Assembly: GCA_044221725.1 (NCBI GenBank) | Contig: JBGAON010000003.1 | Span: 224,001 to 288,000, forward strand | Reading direction: 5' to 3' | DNA length: 64,000 nucleotides | Source: Elusimicrobiota bacterium | Lineage (GTDB): Bacteria > Elusimicrobiota > Elusimicrobia > F11 | Shown here: piece after piece, positions 19,287 to 28,750 of the stretch | Layout of the letters: the number at the start of each line of letters is the position of its first letter | Position numbering within the stretch: the first letter of the stretch is position 1 | Notes under the pieces: generated by a model | What the model was told of the DNA's origin: nothing | What the model saw: the letters and a program-made list of their open reading frames with translations, nothing else | Databases searched by the model: none | Position numbers and translations under genes: made by a program

Positions 19287-21266
19287 ATGAACCGGACCGC
19301 GCGCATGCCTCTTATTCCTAATCTCATCGTCCTTTTGTTGGCTGTCTGTTTTCTCGCAGGCTCGGCGAACGCCGGGGCGGGAAGCACCACAGCCAATTTC
19401 TTGAAGATTGGAACCGGCGCGCGTGGCGCGGCCATGGGCGATGCGCACGTGGCGCTCACCGACGACGTTAACTCGCTCTACTGGAACCCCGCCGGACTCT
19501 CCGCCATGCGTTATCAAGAAGTGACGTTCATGCATTACGACCTCGTTGAGAGCATTCGCTACAACCAGGCCGCCTACGCGCGGCCCAGCGCATACGGAAC
19601 GTTTGCCGGTGGCGTGAACATTTTGGACTACGGAAATATCAAAGGCTACGACTCGGGTGGCGTGCAGGCGTCGGATGTAAACGCGAAAAATATGCTCTTC
19701 ACGGGGTCGTGGGGAAAACGGTTCATGGAAAAGTCGCCGCTTGCCGGCGGCGTGAACGTGAAATATCTCAGCTCGGATTTGGCGGGCTACAAAGCCTCAG
19801 GTGCGATGGTCGACCTGGGGCTTCTTTATCCCATTGAGAGTGGAAAATTGCGGGGCCTCCGGCTTGGTGCGAATTTGAGAAACGTCGGTCCGTCGATCAA
19901 ATACGATCAGACGGGTTCGCCACTTCCGCGTCAATTTGTGCTCGGCGCCGGTTTTCTCGCGCTCGGCGGAAATCTCGCGGTGGATTTGGACATGATCTCG
20001 CCGAAGGGCGAAAACGCTTATGTGGCGACGGGCCTTGAATACGCGCTTTTTCAAATTCTCCGTTTGCGTGTGGGTTACAACGGCGCCACGAACTTTGTCG
20101 GAAACGGAATCACCTACGGAATGGGCTTGCGGTTCACGCAGTGGAACATCGATTACGCGTTCGTTCCGTTTGGAGATTTGGGGAACACGAATCGCATCAG
20201 CGTCGGCGTGCGATTCGGTCACGCGATGCAAATCCAGGCGGCCGATGTGCAAGTCGAAAATTCGTACCGCTTGGCGGAGCGTCAGTACGCGTCCGGTCAA
20301 GGCGTGCAAGCCTACAGCACGTTGAACGAGCTGCTGTTGATTGCGCCGTGGCACAAGCCGTCGGTTGAGCTCAAAGCCAAGATCGAGAAACAATTTGAGG
20401 AAATGTCGGCGTCGAAAAATCAAGCGCGCATGGAATCTGAAATCGCCGAAGCGTTCACTGACGCAAAAGCGGCGTTTGATCGCGACGAACTCGTTGAAGC
20501 GAAGAAAGGTTTCGAAACAATACTCCGGTTGCAACCGAACCATGTGGGATCGAAAGTGTATCTCGAACGCATCCAAAACCGTTACACGAGTTTGGCTCAA
20601 GAATCCTTCAAGCAGGGCATGAACTATTACGCGGTGGGCGACTACGTAAAAGCGATCGCCGCGTTCGAAAAAACGCTCACGATTGACCCGTCGCACGCCG
20701 ACGCGAAGGCTCAACTTGAAAAGACGAAACAAGTGCAGGTCGACACGAACAAACGGCAACAGGAGCTTGAACTTCTCGCCGGCGCAGGGGAAGCTTACAA
20801 GGAGGGCCTCGCGGCCTACCAGAAGAACGATCTCGAAACGGCTCTCGTGAAATTCGAAGAGGTGCAAACGAAAGTTCCGCAATACGAGGAAGTGGGACGT
20901 TACTTGACGCTGACGAAAACCACGTTGGCGGGTGTCTTGTACGAACAGTCGCAAGTCCACATGGACAACGGCCAGCTGGACGAAGCCGTGAAGAAACTCA
21001 AACGAGCGAACGAATTGTCGCCGGAGGATCAAAAGATAAAGACCGGTCTCGATGCGGCGCAGCGCGATCTCGGTATCAAACGCGCCGAAGAATCAAAGAA
21101 ACTTTACAAAGATGGTTTGGAGGCGTACTTGAGCGGCCAAACGAAGAAGGCGGAAGAACTCTGGAAAAAATCACTCGAGCTCGACTCGACGAACGAGGAA
21201 GCGTTGCAGGCCATCTCAAAACTTGAGGAACAAAAGAAGTACACGAAGCCCGACGAGGGGAAGTGA
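19287..21266 (+). CDS. PorV/PorQ (UPF0164, FadL-like) outer-membrane beta-barrel protein fused to C-terminal TPR repeats
   Basis: Signal peptide ending ...LAGSANA, then the family signature TTANFLKIGTGARGAAMGDAHVALTDDVNSLYWNPAGL. The barrel ends IDYAFVPFGDLGNTNRISVGVRFG and is followed by about 340 aa of TPRs (e.g. FKQGMNYYAVGDYVKAIAAFEKTLTIDPSHADA). The start could be 19305. Confidence 0.88.
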   Translation: MNRTARMPLIPNLIVLLLAVCFLAGSANAGAGSTTANFLKIGTGARGAAMGDAHVALTDDVNSLYWNPAGLSAMRYQEVTFMHYDLVESIRYNQAAYARPSAYGTFAGGVNILDYGNIKGYDSGGVQASDVNAKNMLFTGSWGKRFMEKSPLAGGVNVKYLSSDLAGYKASGAMVDLGLLYPIESGKLRGLRLGANLRNVGPSIKYDQTGSPLPRQFVLGAGFLALGGNLAVDLDMISPKGENAYVATGLEYALFQILRLRVGYNGATNFVGNGITYGMGLRFTQWNIDYAFVPFGDLGNTNRISVGVRFGHAMQIQAADVQVENSYRLAERQYASGQGVQAYSTLNELLLIAPWHKPSVELKAKIEKQFEEMSASKNQARMESEIAEAFTDAKAAFDRDELVEAKKGFETILRLQPNHVGSKVYLERIQNRYTSLAQESFKQGMNYYAVGDYVKAIAAFEKTLTIDPSHADAKAQLEKTKQVQVDTNKRQQELELLAGAGEAYKEGLAAYQKNDLETALVKFEEVQTKVPQYEEVGRYLTLTKTTLAGVLYEQSQVHMDNGQLDEAVKKLKRANELSPEDQKIKTGLDAAQRDLGIKRAEESKKLYKDGLEAYLSGQTKKAEELWKKSLELDSTNEEALQAISKLEEQKKYTKPDEGK

Positions 21267-21267
21267 T

Positions 21268-22695
21268 GTGGCGAACCGTTTTAAGATTATCGTCGTTCCC
21301 GCGAAAGCGGGAACCCCGGTCTCAAACTCTGGAATAAGGTTTAAAGCCTGGATTCCCGCTTTCGCGGGAATGACGGTTGTTTCGATAGTGAGTTTGCTCC
21401 TCTTATTCTCACTATCTCTCCCGTTGCGAGCCTCGCTGCAAACTCCCGAAGATAAAGTTCTCGGCAAAGCGTTTGCCGCGTACATGGATGGTGCGAACAA
21501 ACAAGCGCAGAGCTACTTTGAAGAAGCGCTGCGAATTAATCCGAAAAACAAAGCGGCGCAACAGGGGCTTGAGAAAGTAAAAATCCGACTGAAGAAAGCC
21601 GAAGATGAGAAAAAGGCCCGCGCGATCCAGCTCTCAAAATCGAAATTAAAAGAAGGCCGCGAGCTCATGAAAACCGGAGACGTCGTTGCGGCCATCGATT
21701 CGTTTCACTCCGCGCTCGACGCGTCACCCGATTTCAAACCCGCCAAGTCCGAGCTTGAATCAGTCAAAAAGAAAATGACCGCGCTCGCCGAGAAAAAGAA
21801 ACTGAATCTTTCTTCGTGGTCATACGCGCGCGGCGTGATGGCCTATATGGACCGCGATTGGGCGAAGGCCTATCGCATTTGGTCCGAACGCTCCCAATTG
21901 GAACCGAACAACGTCGCGCTCGCGAACGCCACAGCACGCGCCGAAAACAATTTCAAGAAGATGATGATCGCCGAACAAGAAGATTTTTTCCGCCGCGGCG
22001 CGCGCGCGTTTTATGAGCAAGGCTTGTACAAGGAAGCGCAAACCTCGTGGTCAAAGGTGCTCGTGTTGCGCCCGGATGATCAGGAGGCGCTCGAGGGCAC
22101 CGCGCGTTCGCAAGAAGCGATCCTTCGAGCCACCGGGAAAGGCCGGGCCGACGAGTCGCATGATCTGTTGGAGCAAGGGTTGCAGGCTTATGCTTCGCAA
22201 GATTGGCGAAAGGCGCTCACGATTTTTGAACAGTTGGCGGCGCTCGACCCGGATTTCACGACCGCGAACGACTACATAACAAAGGTTAAAGCACAGTTGA
22301 ATTCGAACACGTACGCACCGACGTATGTTTCGTCAGGAGAAAGCCTGTTCCGAAACAAGCGCGCGTCCAATCAAGGAAACGAAGCGGTGAAAGTGCCAGA
22401 CAAACTTGAAAATTATGCGGACAGCAAACGCGAACTTGAGTCGCAATTGAAACGCGACCCGTCGAACATCAACATTCAGCGCGAATTGGACCGCGTGAGC
22501 AAAGAACAAGAAGACCAAAGCGAAAAAATTTACAAGGAAGGGCTGATCGCGTACTCCCAAGGGAACCGTTCGGCCGCAATCCAACAATGGAAGCAAGTGC
22601 TCGTAATTAATCCCGATCATAAAAAAGCGCTGGCCGCTCTGAAGAAAGCGCGTGCCGAGGAAGAACGCACGACGGAACCGGAGACCGCGCAGTGA
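21268..22695 (+). CDS. Exported tetratricopeptide-repeat protein
   Basis: GTG at 21268 follows a GAGGGG RBS (alternative start ATG 21370). Hydrophobic signal VSIVSLLLLFSLSLPLRA, then multiple TPRs (YFEEALRINPKNKAA; YKEGLIAYSQGNRSAAIQQWKQVLVINPDH). Confidence 0.85.
   Translation: MANRFKIIVVPAKAGTPVSNSGIRFKAWIPAFAGMTVVSIVSLLLLFSLSLPLRASLQTPEDKVLGKAFAAYMDGANKQAQSYFEEALRINPKNKAAQQGLEKVKIRLKKAEDEKKARAIQLSKSKLKEGRELMKTGDVVAAIDSFHSALDASPDFKPAKSELESVKKKMTALAEKKKLNLSSWSYARGVMAYMDRDWAKAYRIWSERSQLEPNNVALANATARAENNFKKMMIAEQEDFFRRGARAFYEQGLYKEAQTSWSKVLVLRPDDQEALEGTARSQEAILRATGKGRADESHDLLEQGLQAYASQDWRKALTIFEQLAALDPDFTTANDYITKVKAQLNSNTYAPTYVSSGESLFRNKRASNQGNEAVKVPDKLENYADSKRELESQLKRDPSNINIQRELDRVSKEQEDQSEKIYKEGLIAYSQGNRSAAIQQWKQVLVINPDHKKALAALKKARAEEERTTEPETAQ
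21291..21375. repeat. Palindromic REP/RPE-like element (GTC.TTCCCGCGAAAGCGGGAA...TTCCCGCTTTCGCGGGAATGAC) inside the 5' end of the TPR gene
   Basis: The left arm CGTCGTTCCCGCGAAAGCGGGAAC and the right arm GATTCCCGCTTTCGCGGGAATGACG are near-perfect inverted repeats, and each is itself a hairpin. Read in frame they give VVPAKAGT...WIPAFAGMT. Confidence 0.85.
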
Positions 22696-24689
22696 GAATT
22701 CGATTCGCAATCGTCGGTTTCTTTTTGGCCGCGCCGGTGTTCGCTCAAGATGTGGCCGTTCAGTCGTCGACGCCGACGACTTCCGCTGCTGTTGTGTCGT
22801 CCTCTCCTACGGTTTCCGCGCCTCGTTCCACGGATTTGCAGGAGTCCACGCCCACCGCGATTGCCACACCGCCCGTGTTAACCGTTTTACCTTCGTCCAC
22901 ACAAAACGCGGCCGGACCGGCCATCCTTGAAAAGGTTTCAATCGACGACGCCGGTAACCGGCTTCTCGTGTTAATTCAGACAAACAAACCGGTGCAGTGT
23001 TTTGTGTTTGAGAAAAAAGATCCGCCGGCGCTCTTTGTGCAATTTGTGGACACGGCCGTGTACGCGTCGGGCGACCCGATTCAAGTGGTGGGAACCGATC
23101 CGCTTTCCGAAATTCGCTACGGTTACGCGAGTTTTCACGATGCGACGTCGGCCAACCGCAATCGCAACGACAAATTTCCGCTTGAGTACTTGGAATTGAA
23201 ATTGAACCGTTCGGTTTTCTATCACGTGCAACAAGAGGGCTGGGTGGTGGTTGTCGGGCTCGATCGCACGACGTCGAAAGTGGATGTGCCGGATTTGGAT
23301 TTCCGTTTTGAAAAAGCGAAATACGAAGGCGCGTCGAATTTGCCGCCGAACCCGCGCATCGATGATTTTGTGACGACGTCGCAAGCGAACAGTCAGCTGC
23401 TGACCGTGTCGCGCGGGGAAGTTGAATTGGCGAAGTTCCGTGTCTCGGAAGCGCGCCGCGCTCTTTTTCCGGCGCTCACCGCGCGCGCGAGCGACACGCA
23501 TGGAAAAGAAGCCAATCCGTTTCCGAGCCAAATTTTCGAAGGATTCGAAGCCACCACCTACAAGCGCGAAGAATACGGAGTTCAGGCGACGCAGCCGTTG
23601 TACGAATCCGGTCGCGTGTACGGCGCGTACAAGCAAGCGAAGCTAAACCGGCTTATGGCAACCGAGAATCTGCGAAAGCAAGCGCAGGATCTCACCTACG
23701 AAATGAAAAAAGCGTACAACACGCTCTTGAAAAATCAGGCGATACTGCGCGTTCGCCGCGAACTCGTGGCGCAAGGCGAGCAATTGAAAGACATGGTGCG
23801 CAAAAAACATCAGCTTGATCTCACGTCAAAATCCGAAGTGTTGAACGTGACCGCGCAAGCCGATCAAGCGGTGTACCAATTGACTTCGGACGAGCAAGAT
23901 GTGGCGCTCGCGCGACTCGTGGTCATTTCGCTTTTGAATCAAGCGGAGCCCGTTCCCGATCCGGTGCCTGGCGCGCTGTCGTTCGCGCGGCTCAGCTTCA
24001 ATATCGAGTCCATCATCAATTGGGCGCAAGAGCACCGGCCCGATGTGCGTATCGCGACGCTGAACGCCGAGCTCGCCAAGTACAACATGAAAGCCGCCAA
24101 AGGTGACAACCGATTGAAAGTGGATGCGTCGGGATTTTTAGGGAAAGCCGGTGCCGCGTTTGAAGGTGACGATTTCCAGCTCGAAACCGCTTGGAACGTG
24201 GGACTGAAAATTTCTCAGCCGTTCGCTGGCAACACATTGCGCGGTTCGTTTACGAAGGAGCACACGGCGCCGGACCTTGGCCAAACGTTTGTCACCGATT
24301 CGCAGCAGCGCACGGTGGAGCTCGGAATCTTGGACGCCATTCCTCAAGTGTCCAACGCGCAACAGTCGCAACTTCAGTACGCGCGCGCGAAAGCGGAGTT
24401 GGTCGAAGCCAGCCGCAAAGCCGAATTTGAAGTGCGCCAAACTTATTACAATCTCGAAAAATCAGCGCGGCAGTTGGATGCGGTGCGCCAAGATTTGAAA
24501 TACCGTCAAAAGGATCTCGAAATTACACGGGAGAAAGTGAAACTCGGTCTGTCCGAACTGTCGCAGCTCATGGCGGCAGAAGTTGCGTACGCGCAAGCAC
24601 AAATCACCGAACAGGACGCGCTGTCGGCCTATAATATTGCGCTCGCCGATATGGACCGTGTCGCTGGCGCTGAAGTCGTGCGAGAATGA
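22692..24689 (+). CDS. TolC-family outer-membrane efflux channel with an N-terminal S/T/P-rich linker and AMIN-like domain
   Basis: Signal peptide ...APVFA, then an S/T/P-rich linker and ILEKVSIDDAGNRLLVLIQTNKPVQCFVFEKKDPPALFVQFVDT (AMIN pattern). Two OEP repeats follow (ARRALFPAL...QPLYESG; HRPDVRIA...EFEVRQTYYNL...YNIALADMDRVAG). The GTG start overlaps the upstream stop. Confidence 0.85.
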   Translation: MRIRFAIVGFFLAAPVFAQDVAVQSSTPTTSAAVVSSSPTVSAPRSTDLQESTPTAIATPPVLTVLPSSTQNAAGPAILEKVSIDDAGNRLLVLIQTNKPVQCFVFEKKDPPALFVQFVDTAVYASGDPIQVVGTDPLSEIRYGYASFHDATSANRNRNDKFPLEYLELKLNRSVFYHVQQEGWVVVVGLDRTTSKVDVPDLDFRFEKAKYEGASNLPPNPRIDDFVTTSQANSQLLTVSRGEVELAKFRVSEARRALFPALTARASDTHGKEANPFPSQIFEGFEATTYKREEYGVQATQPLYESGRVYGAYKQAKLNRLMATENLRKQAQDLTYEMKKAYNTLLKNQAILRVRRELVAQGEQLKDMVRKKHQLDLTSKSEVLNVTAQADQAVYQLTSDEQDVALARLVVISLLNQAEPVPDPVPGALSFARLSFNIESIINWAQEHRPDVRIATLNAELAKYNMKAAKGDNRLKVDASGFLGKAGAAFEGDDFQLETAWNVGLKISQPFAGNTLRGSFTKEHTAPDLGQTFVTDSQQRTVELGILDAIPQVSNAQQSQLQYARAKAELVEASRKAEFEVRQTYYNLEKSARQLDAVRQDLKYRQKDLEITREKVKLGLSELSQLMAAEVAYAQAQITEQDALSAYNIALADMDRVAGAEVVRE

Positions 24690-27600
24690 AACTCGGAACA
24701 TTGTTCGTTAAGCGCCCAGTGATGACTTCCATGGTCTTCCTGGGCATTGTCATTTTTGGACTCATCTCCTGGATGAATCTCCCTCAAGAATTGTTCCCGA
24801 ATATTTCCGTGCCGCAACTCGTGATCATCACAAAATATCCGAACGCGGCGCCCGAAGAAATCGAAAACCTGATCACGAAGCCAATCGAAGAAGGTGTCGG
24901 TACGGTGCCGAATTTGCGGCGTGTGCGGTCGATCTCGAAAGAAGGTATCTCGGCCGTGAAAATGGAATTCGCTTGGGGCACCGACATGGGCTTTGCCCAT
25001 TTGGCCACGCGCGAAAAATTGGATCGCATGAAAGACCGGCTTCCCCAAGAAGCCGAGGAACCGATCATTAAGCGCGTGAACCCGTTCTCTCATCCGGTCA
25101 TGATCATTAGCGTCACGGGAAAACTTGATTTGCCGGTCATGACGAAGTTATCCGAAGACATCGTGAAAAAGAAGCTGGAGAAAACCGATGGCGTTGCCTC
25201 GGTTATGATTTCCGGCGGACAGAAACGCGAAATTCTCGTTGAAGTGGACCGCGGCCGTTTGGACGCGAGTCACGTATCGTTGCCAATGGTTGTCGAATCC
25301 ATTAAGAACGCGAACTACGATTATCCGGCTGGCACCACGCAGGGGAAGGTCGTCGAGTATCTCGTTCGCACGCACGGCCGATACACGAAGATCGAAGACA
25401 TCGGAAAAACCATCGTGCAAGTCGAAAACCCCGAGATCGATCCGGTGTACAAATGGAAAAGGCGCGAAGACAAAGACCACAGCAGCGCGCCGATGGACCA
25501 ACGGCTAATTCCGCTCGCCAACATTGCCGAGGTAAAGGATTCGCTGCAAGACAAAACCAGTTATTCGCGTTACAATGGAAACGAAAACATTTCGATCTCG
25601 ATTCAAAAGCAAGCGGAAGCGAACACCGTTGTGGTTTCGGACGCCGTGCGCGAAGCGCTTGCCGAGTTAAAAAATTCGCTGCCGAGCGATTTCAATATGC
25701 AAGTGATTTACGACGAATCGACGTACATCACCGACGCGCTCGCGAACATGCGAAACAACATTATCGCCGGCGGTATTTTGGCGTTCATTGTGTTGTTTGT
25801 TTTTCTCGGCGATTTGCGCGACGCGTTGTTCGCGGGTCTCGCTATCCCGATTGCGATCCTTGTCACGCTCATCACGATGTATCTGACGGGCTTCTCTATC
25901 AACATGCTCACGTTGGCCGGGTTGGCGCTTTCGGTCGGAAGCATGTCCGACTGTTCGATCTGTATGACCGATAACATTACGCGACATCACCGCGAGTTTA
26001 AAAAGCCGCTGGTGGAAGCTGCCGTCGACGGCTCGAACGAAATGGTGGGCGCGATGCTGTCATCCACGCTCACGAATATCGCCGTGTTCCTGCCGCTGTT
26101 GTTTGTGAGTGGCATCGCTCAACAGTTGTTCCAAGGGCTTTTTATGGTCACGATTTTCACGAACTTTGCGTCGTTGTTCGTGTCGATCACGTTCATTCCA
26201 CGCATGGCCGCTTATCCGTGGGATTTGTCGCCTATCATGCGCCGCTTCCCGTGGCTTGGAAAAATTATTTTGACCGATGACAAACAGAAAAAAATCAACT
26301 CGCAATACGAACGGCTGCTCGGATACTCGCTTGATCATCCGAAAGCGGTTTTTAAAATTGTGCTTATGGGCCTCGCACTTTCGGTGTTGATGCTGGTTTG
26401 GACGCCGCGCGTGTTCATGCCGAAAATGGACCAAGGTCAATTTATGTTGCAGCTCAACATGCCGATCGGCACCAGGCTCGAAGTAACAAACGGCGTCGCG
26501 CGGAAAATTGAATCGATTCTCGGAAACTTTACGAACGTGAACATGTCGGTCACGGTCGGTTCCGCACAAGAAGACGAAGAGATCGATGCGCTGCAATCGC
26601 ACCAGGCGCAGGTGGCCGTGACCGTTGATCTCAACAAAGGTTTGACCACGAACGACGTGATCGATAAATTTAAAGCGCTCGCGAAACGCGAAAATTTGGA
26701 AGGCGGGCAGCTTACGTATTTGTTGCAAGACAGCCCGCTGCGCTCGGCGCTCGCCGGGGGTGCGCCGGTCGAAGTGGAAGTAAAGGGAAACGATCTGGCG
26801 CGACTTAAAATGCTGTCGGACGAGCTTGTTAAGAAATTGGATGACGATCCTTATTTGTTTGGTGTGCAGACGTCGTTCGCTTTGCCATCGCGGGAAACGC
26901 AGGTGCTCGTCGATAAAGACCGCGCGTCGGCGTACCAGTTGTCCGTGGCGGACATCGCCAAAACGGCGCTCATCGCGATCAAGGGAATGGTGGCCACCAA
27001 ATTTAAGGATGGCGGAGATGACATCGATATCCGCGTGCGCTTACGGAAAGTGGACCGCGAGAACAACGAAAGCATTCGCCAGCTTGCTTTGCGCTCGCCG
27101 CAACGCAACGTCATGGTTCCGTTGAACGACGTGGCCCAAATTCTGCCCGGCACCGGCGCCAGCGAAATCCGCCATTTGGATCAACAGCGCGCGTTCGTTG
27201 TGACGGCCGAAGTGACGGGAGCCAGCTCAGCAAAAGCCATCGAACACGTTCAAAAGATTATCAGCGGGTATCGTGGTTACAAAGATTATGTGATCGAGCT
27301 CGGCGGCGAGAGCCGTCGCATCGCCGAATCTTTCTCGAGTCTTAAATACACCTTCGTATTGGCTATATTTCTCATCTATATGATCATGGCCGCGCAGTTC
27401 GAATCGGTGGCTCAACCGATTATCATCATGACGACGGTTCCGTTATCCGTCGTGGGCGTGGCGGTAACGCTCTTCATCACGAACATGCCGCTGTCGTCGG
27501 TGGCCGCGCTCGGTGTCGTTATCTTGGCCGGTATCGTGGTGAACAACGGTATTGTGCTCATCGATTACATCAACGGCCTCATCGCCGATGGCATGGACGT

Positions 27601-27862
27601 GCGCGAGGCGATTATTCGCGGGAGCTTGGGTCGCATTCGCCCCATTTTGATGACGATGTTCACCGCGGTTCTCGGTTCGGCGCCGCTCGCGCTTGGGCTC
27701 GGTCAAGGCGATGAACTTGCACAGCCATTGGCCGTTGTAACGTTCGGAGGGTTGTTCATATCGACATTTTTAACGCTGTTCATCATTCCATTGCTCTACT
27801 ATTTGCTCGAACAATGGCAAGCCAAACGCGCGCAGATGCAGGGAGAAGGGGTGGCCGCGTGA
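24686..27862 (+). CDS. RND (AcrB/AcrD/AcrF family) transporter subunit 1
   Basis: Contains FVKRPV, LPQELFPNISVP, YPNAAPEEIENLITKPIEE, MAAQFES, GIVVNNGIVLID, RIRPILMT and PLAVVTFGGL; 1058 aa. Confidence 0.95.
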   Translation: MKLGTLFVKRPVMTSMVFLGIVIFGLISWMNLPQELFPNISVPQLVIITKYPNAAPEEIENLITKPIEEGVGTVPNLRRVRSISKEGISAVKMEFAWGTDMGFAHLATREKLDRMKDRLPQEAEEPIIKRVNPFSHPVMIISVTGKLDLPVMTKLSEDIVKKKLEKTDGVASVMISGGQKREILVEVDRGRLDASHVSLPMVVESIKNANYDYPAGTTQGKVVEYLVRTHGRYTKIEDIGKTIVQVENPEIDPVYKWKRREDKDHSSAPMDQRLIPLANIAEVKDSLQDKTSYSRYNGNENISISIQKQAEANTVVVSDAVREALAELKNSLPSDFNMQVIYDESTYITDALANMRNNIIAGGILAFIVLFVFLGDLRDALFAGLAIPIAILVTLITMYLTGFSINMLTLAGLALSVGSMSDCSICMTDNITRHHREFKKPLVEAAVDGSNEMVGAMLSSTLTNIAVFLPLLFVSGIAQQLFQGLFMVTIFTNFASLFVSITFIPRMAAYPWDLSPIMRRFPWLGKIILTDDKQKKINSQYERLLGYSLDHPKAVFKIVLMGLALSVLMLVWTPRVFMPKMDQGQFMLQLNMPIGTRLEVTNGVARKIESILGNFTNVNMSVTVGSAQEDEEIDALQSHQAQVAVTVDLNKGLTTNDVIDKFKALAKRENLEGGQLTYLLQDSPLRSALAGGAPVEVEVKGNDLARLKMLSDELVKKLDDDPYLFGVQTSFALPSRETQVLVDKDRASAYQLSVADIAKTALIAIKGMVATKFKDGGDDIDIRVRLRKVDRENNESIRQLALRSPQRNVMVPLNDVAQILPGTGASEIRHLDQQRAFVVTAEVTGASSAKAIEHVQKIISGYRGYKDYVIELGGESRRIAESFSSLKYTFVLAIFLIYMIMAAQFESVAQPIIIMTTVPLSVVGVAVTLFITNMPLSSVAALGVVILAGIVVNNGIVLIDYINGLIADGMDVREAIIRGSLGRIRPILMTMFTAVLGSAPLALGLGQGDELAQPLAVVTFGGLFISTFLTLFIIPLLYYLLEQWQAKRAQMQGEGVAA

Positions 27863-28728
27863 AATACCTCGTTTTGCTGGGCCTACTAGCCTTTTCGCCC
27901 GGCTGCAAACCGACCTACAAACAGGAAACGCTCCGCGAAAGCGTAAAGATGCTCGCTCAAAAAGAATACGGTTTGGATGTGGAAGTGAAACAAATCGGAA
28001 AAACGCTCGGCCTCCGCTTCAAAGTTAAGAATTTGCTAAGCGAACTCTATTCCGGTGACGACGACATTTATAAGAAGATGAACGGACTTTTTACGGTGCT
28101 CGTTCGTGTCGTGTTGTCGTCCGACGTCGCTCCCGACTTTATCGTGCTCGATGTGACCGACGAAGACAATCCGCAGTTCCATTTGGTGTTCACGCGCTAC
28201 GAGGAAGACTTGCGCAAGGCCATGGCCGAAGCCTTATCGTACACGCAATCCCAGGACCGTTTGCTCGAGGAATTTGTGATCGGCGGCCGCCATGTTCCGT
28301 TCGATCCGCAAGAAATGGATTTGGTGCGGCTTATGATGATGGCCATGGATTCCGGCCAAGGCAAAATGACCGACACGTCTTCGTTTGAGCTGGAAGAAGT
28401 TCGATTTAATGATTTCGTCGCGCGCGTGGTGGAAAACACGATGCGCCGAACGTTGCGCGAACAAAAAGAAGTGAACAAGCAAGCGGTCGTGCGCGAAGTG
28501 AAAGCGTCGTTTGACGAAATGCCGGGCCGCCGCGGTCAGTTTAAAGTTCTGCTTGATATGGTGTCCAAACCGAGTACGCCGCTTTCGCCGCTGTTTCTTG
28601 AGGAAACAGTTTTTCCAATGGTCACAAAAGAAGTTACGGCGCTTTTTAAAAGTTACCGCTTTAGCGATTTTTCAGGCATTGCGGTGATCGAGAAGAATTC
28701 GGGAAAAATATTGACGACAGGTACTTAG
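27859..28728 (+). CDS. Uncharacterised lipoprotein (289 aa)
   Basis: GTG overlaps the RND-1 stop (GTGA). MKYLVLLGLLAFSPGC is a lipoprotein-like signal ending in Cys. It shows no biotinyl-lipoyl or alpha-hairpin pattern of a membrane-fusion protein. Confidence 0.8.
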   Translation: MKYLVLLGLLAFSPGCKPTYKQETLRESVKMLAQKEYGLDVEVKQIGKTLGLRFKVKNLLSELYSGDDDIYKKMNGLFTVLVRVVLSSDVAPDFIVLDVTDEDNPQFHLVFTRYEEDLRKAMAEALSYTQSQDRLLEEFVIGGRHVPFDPQEMDLVRLMMMAMDSGQGKMTDTSSFELEEVRFNDFVARVVENTMRRTLREQKEVNKQAVVREVKASFDEMPGRRGQFKVLLDMVSKPSTPLSPLFLEETVFPMVTKEVTALFKSYRFSDFSGIAVIEKNSGKILTTGT

Positions 28729-28750
28729 TACTTCGTACGCCGTACCTTTT

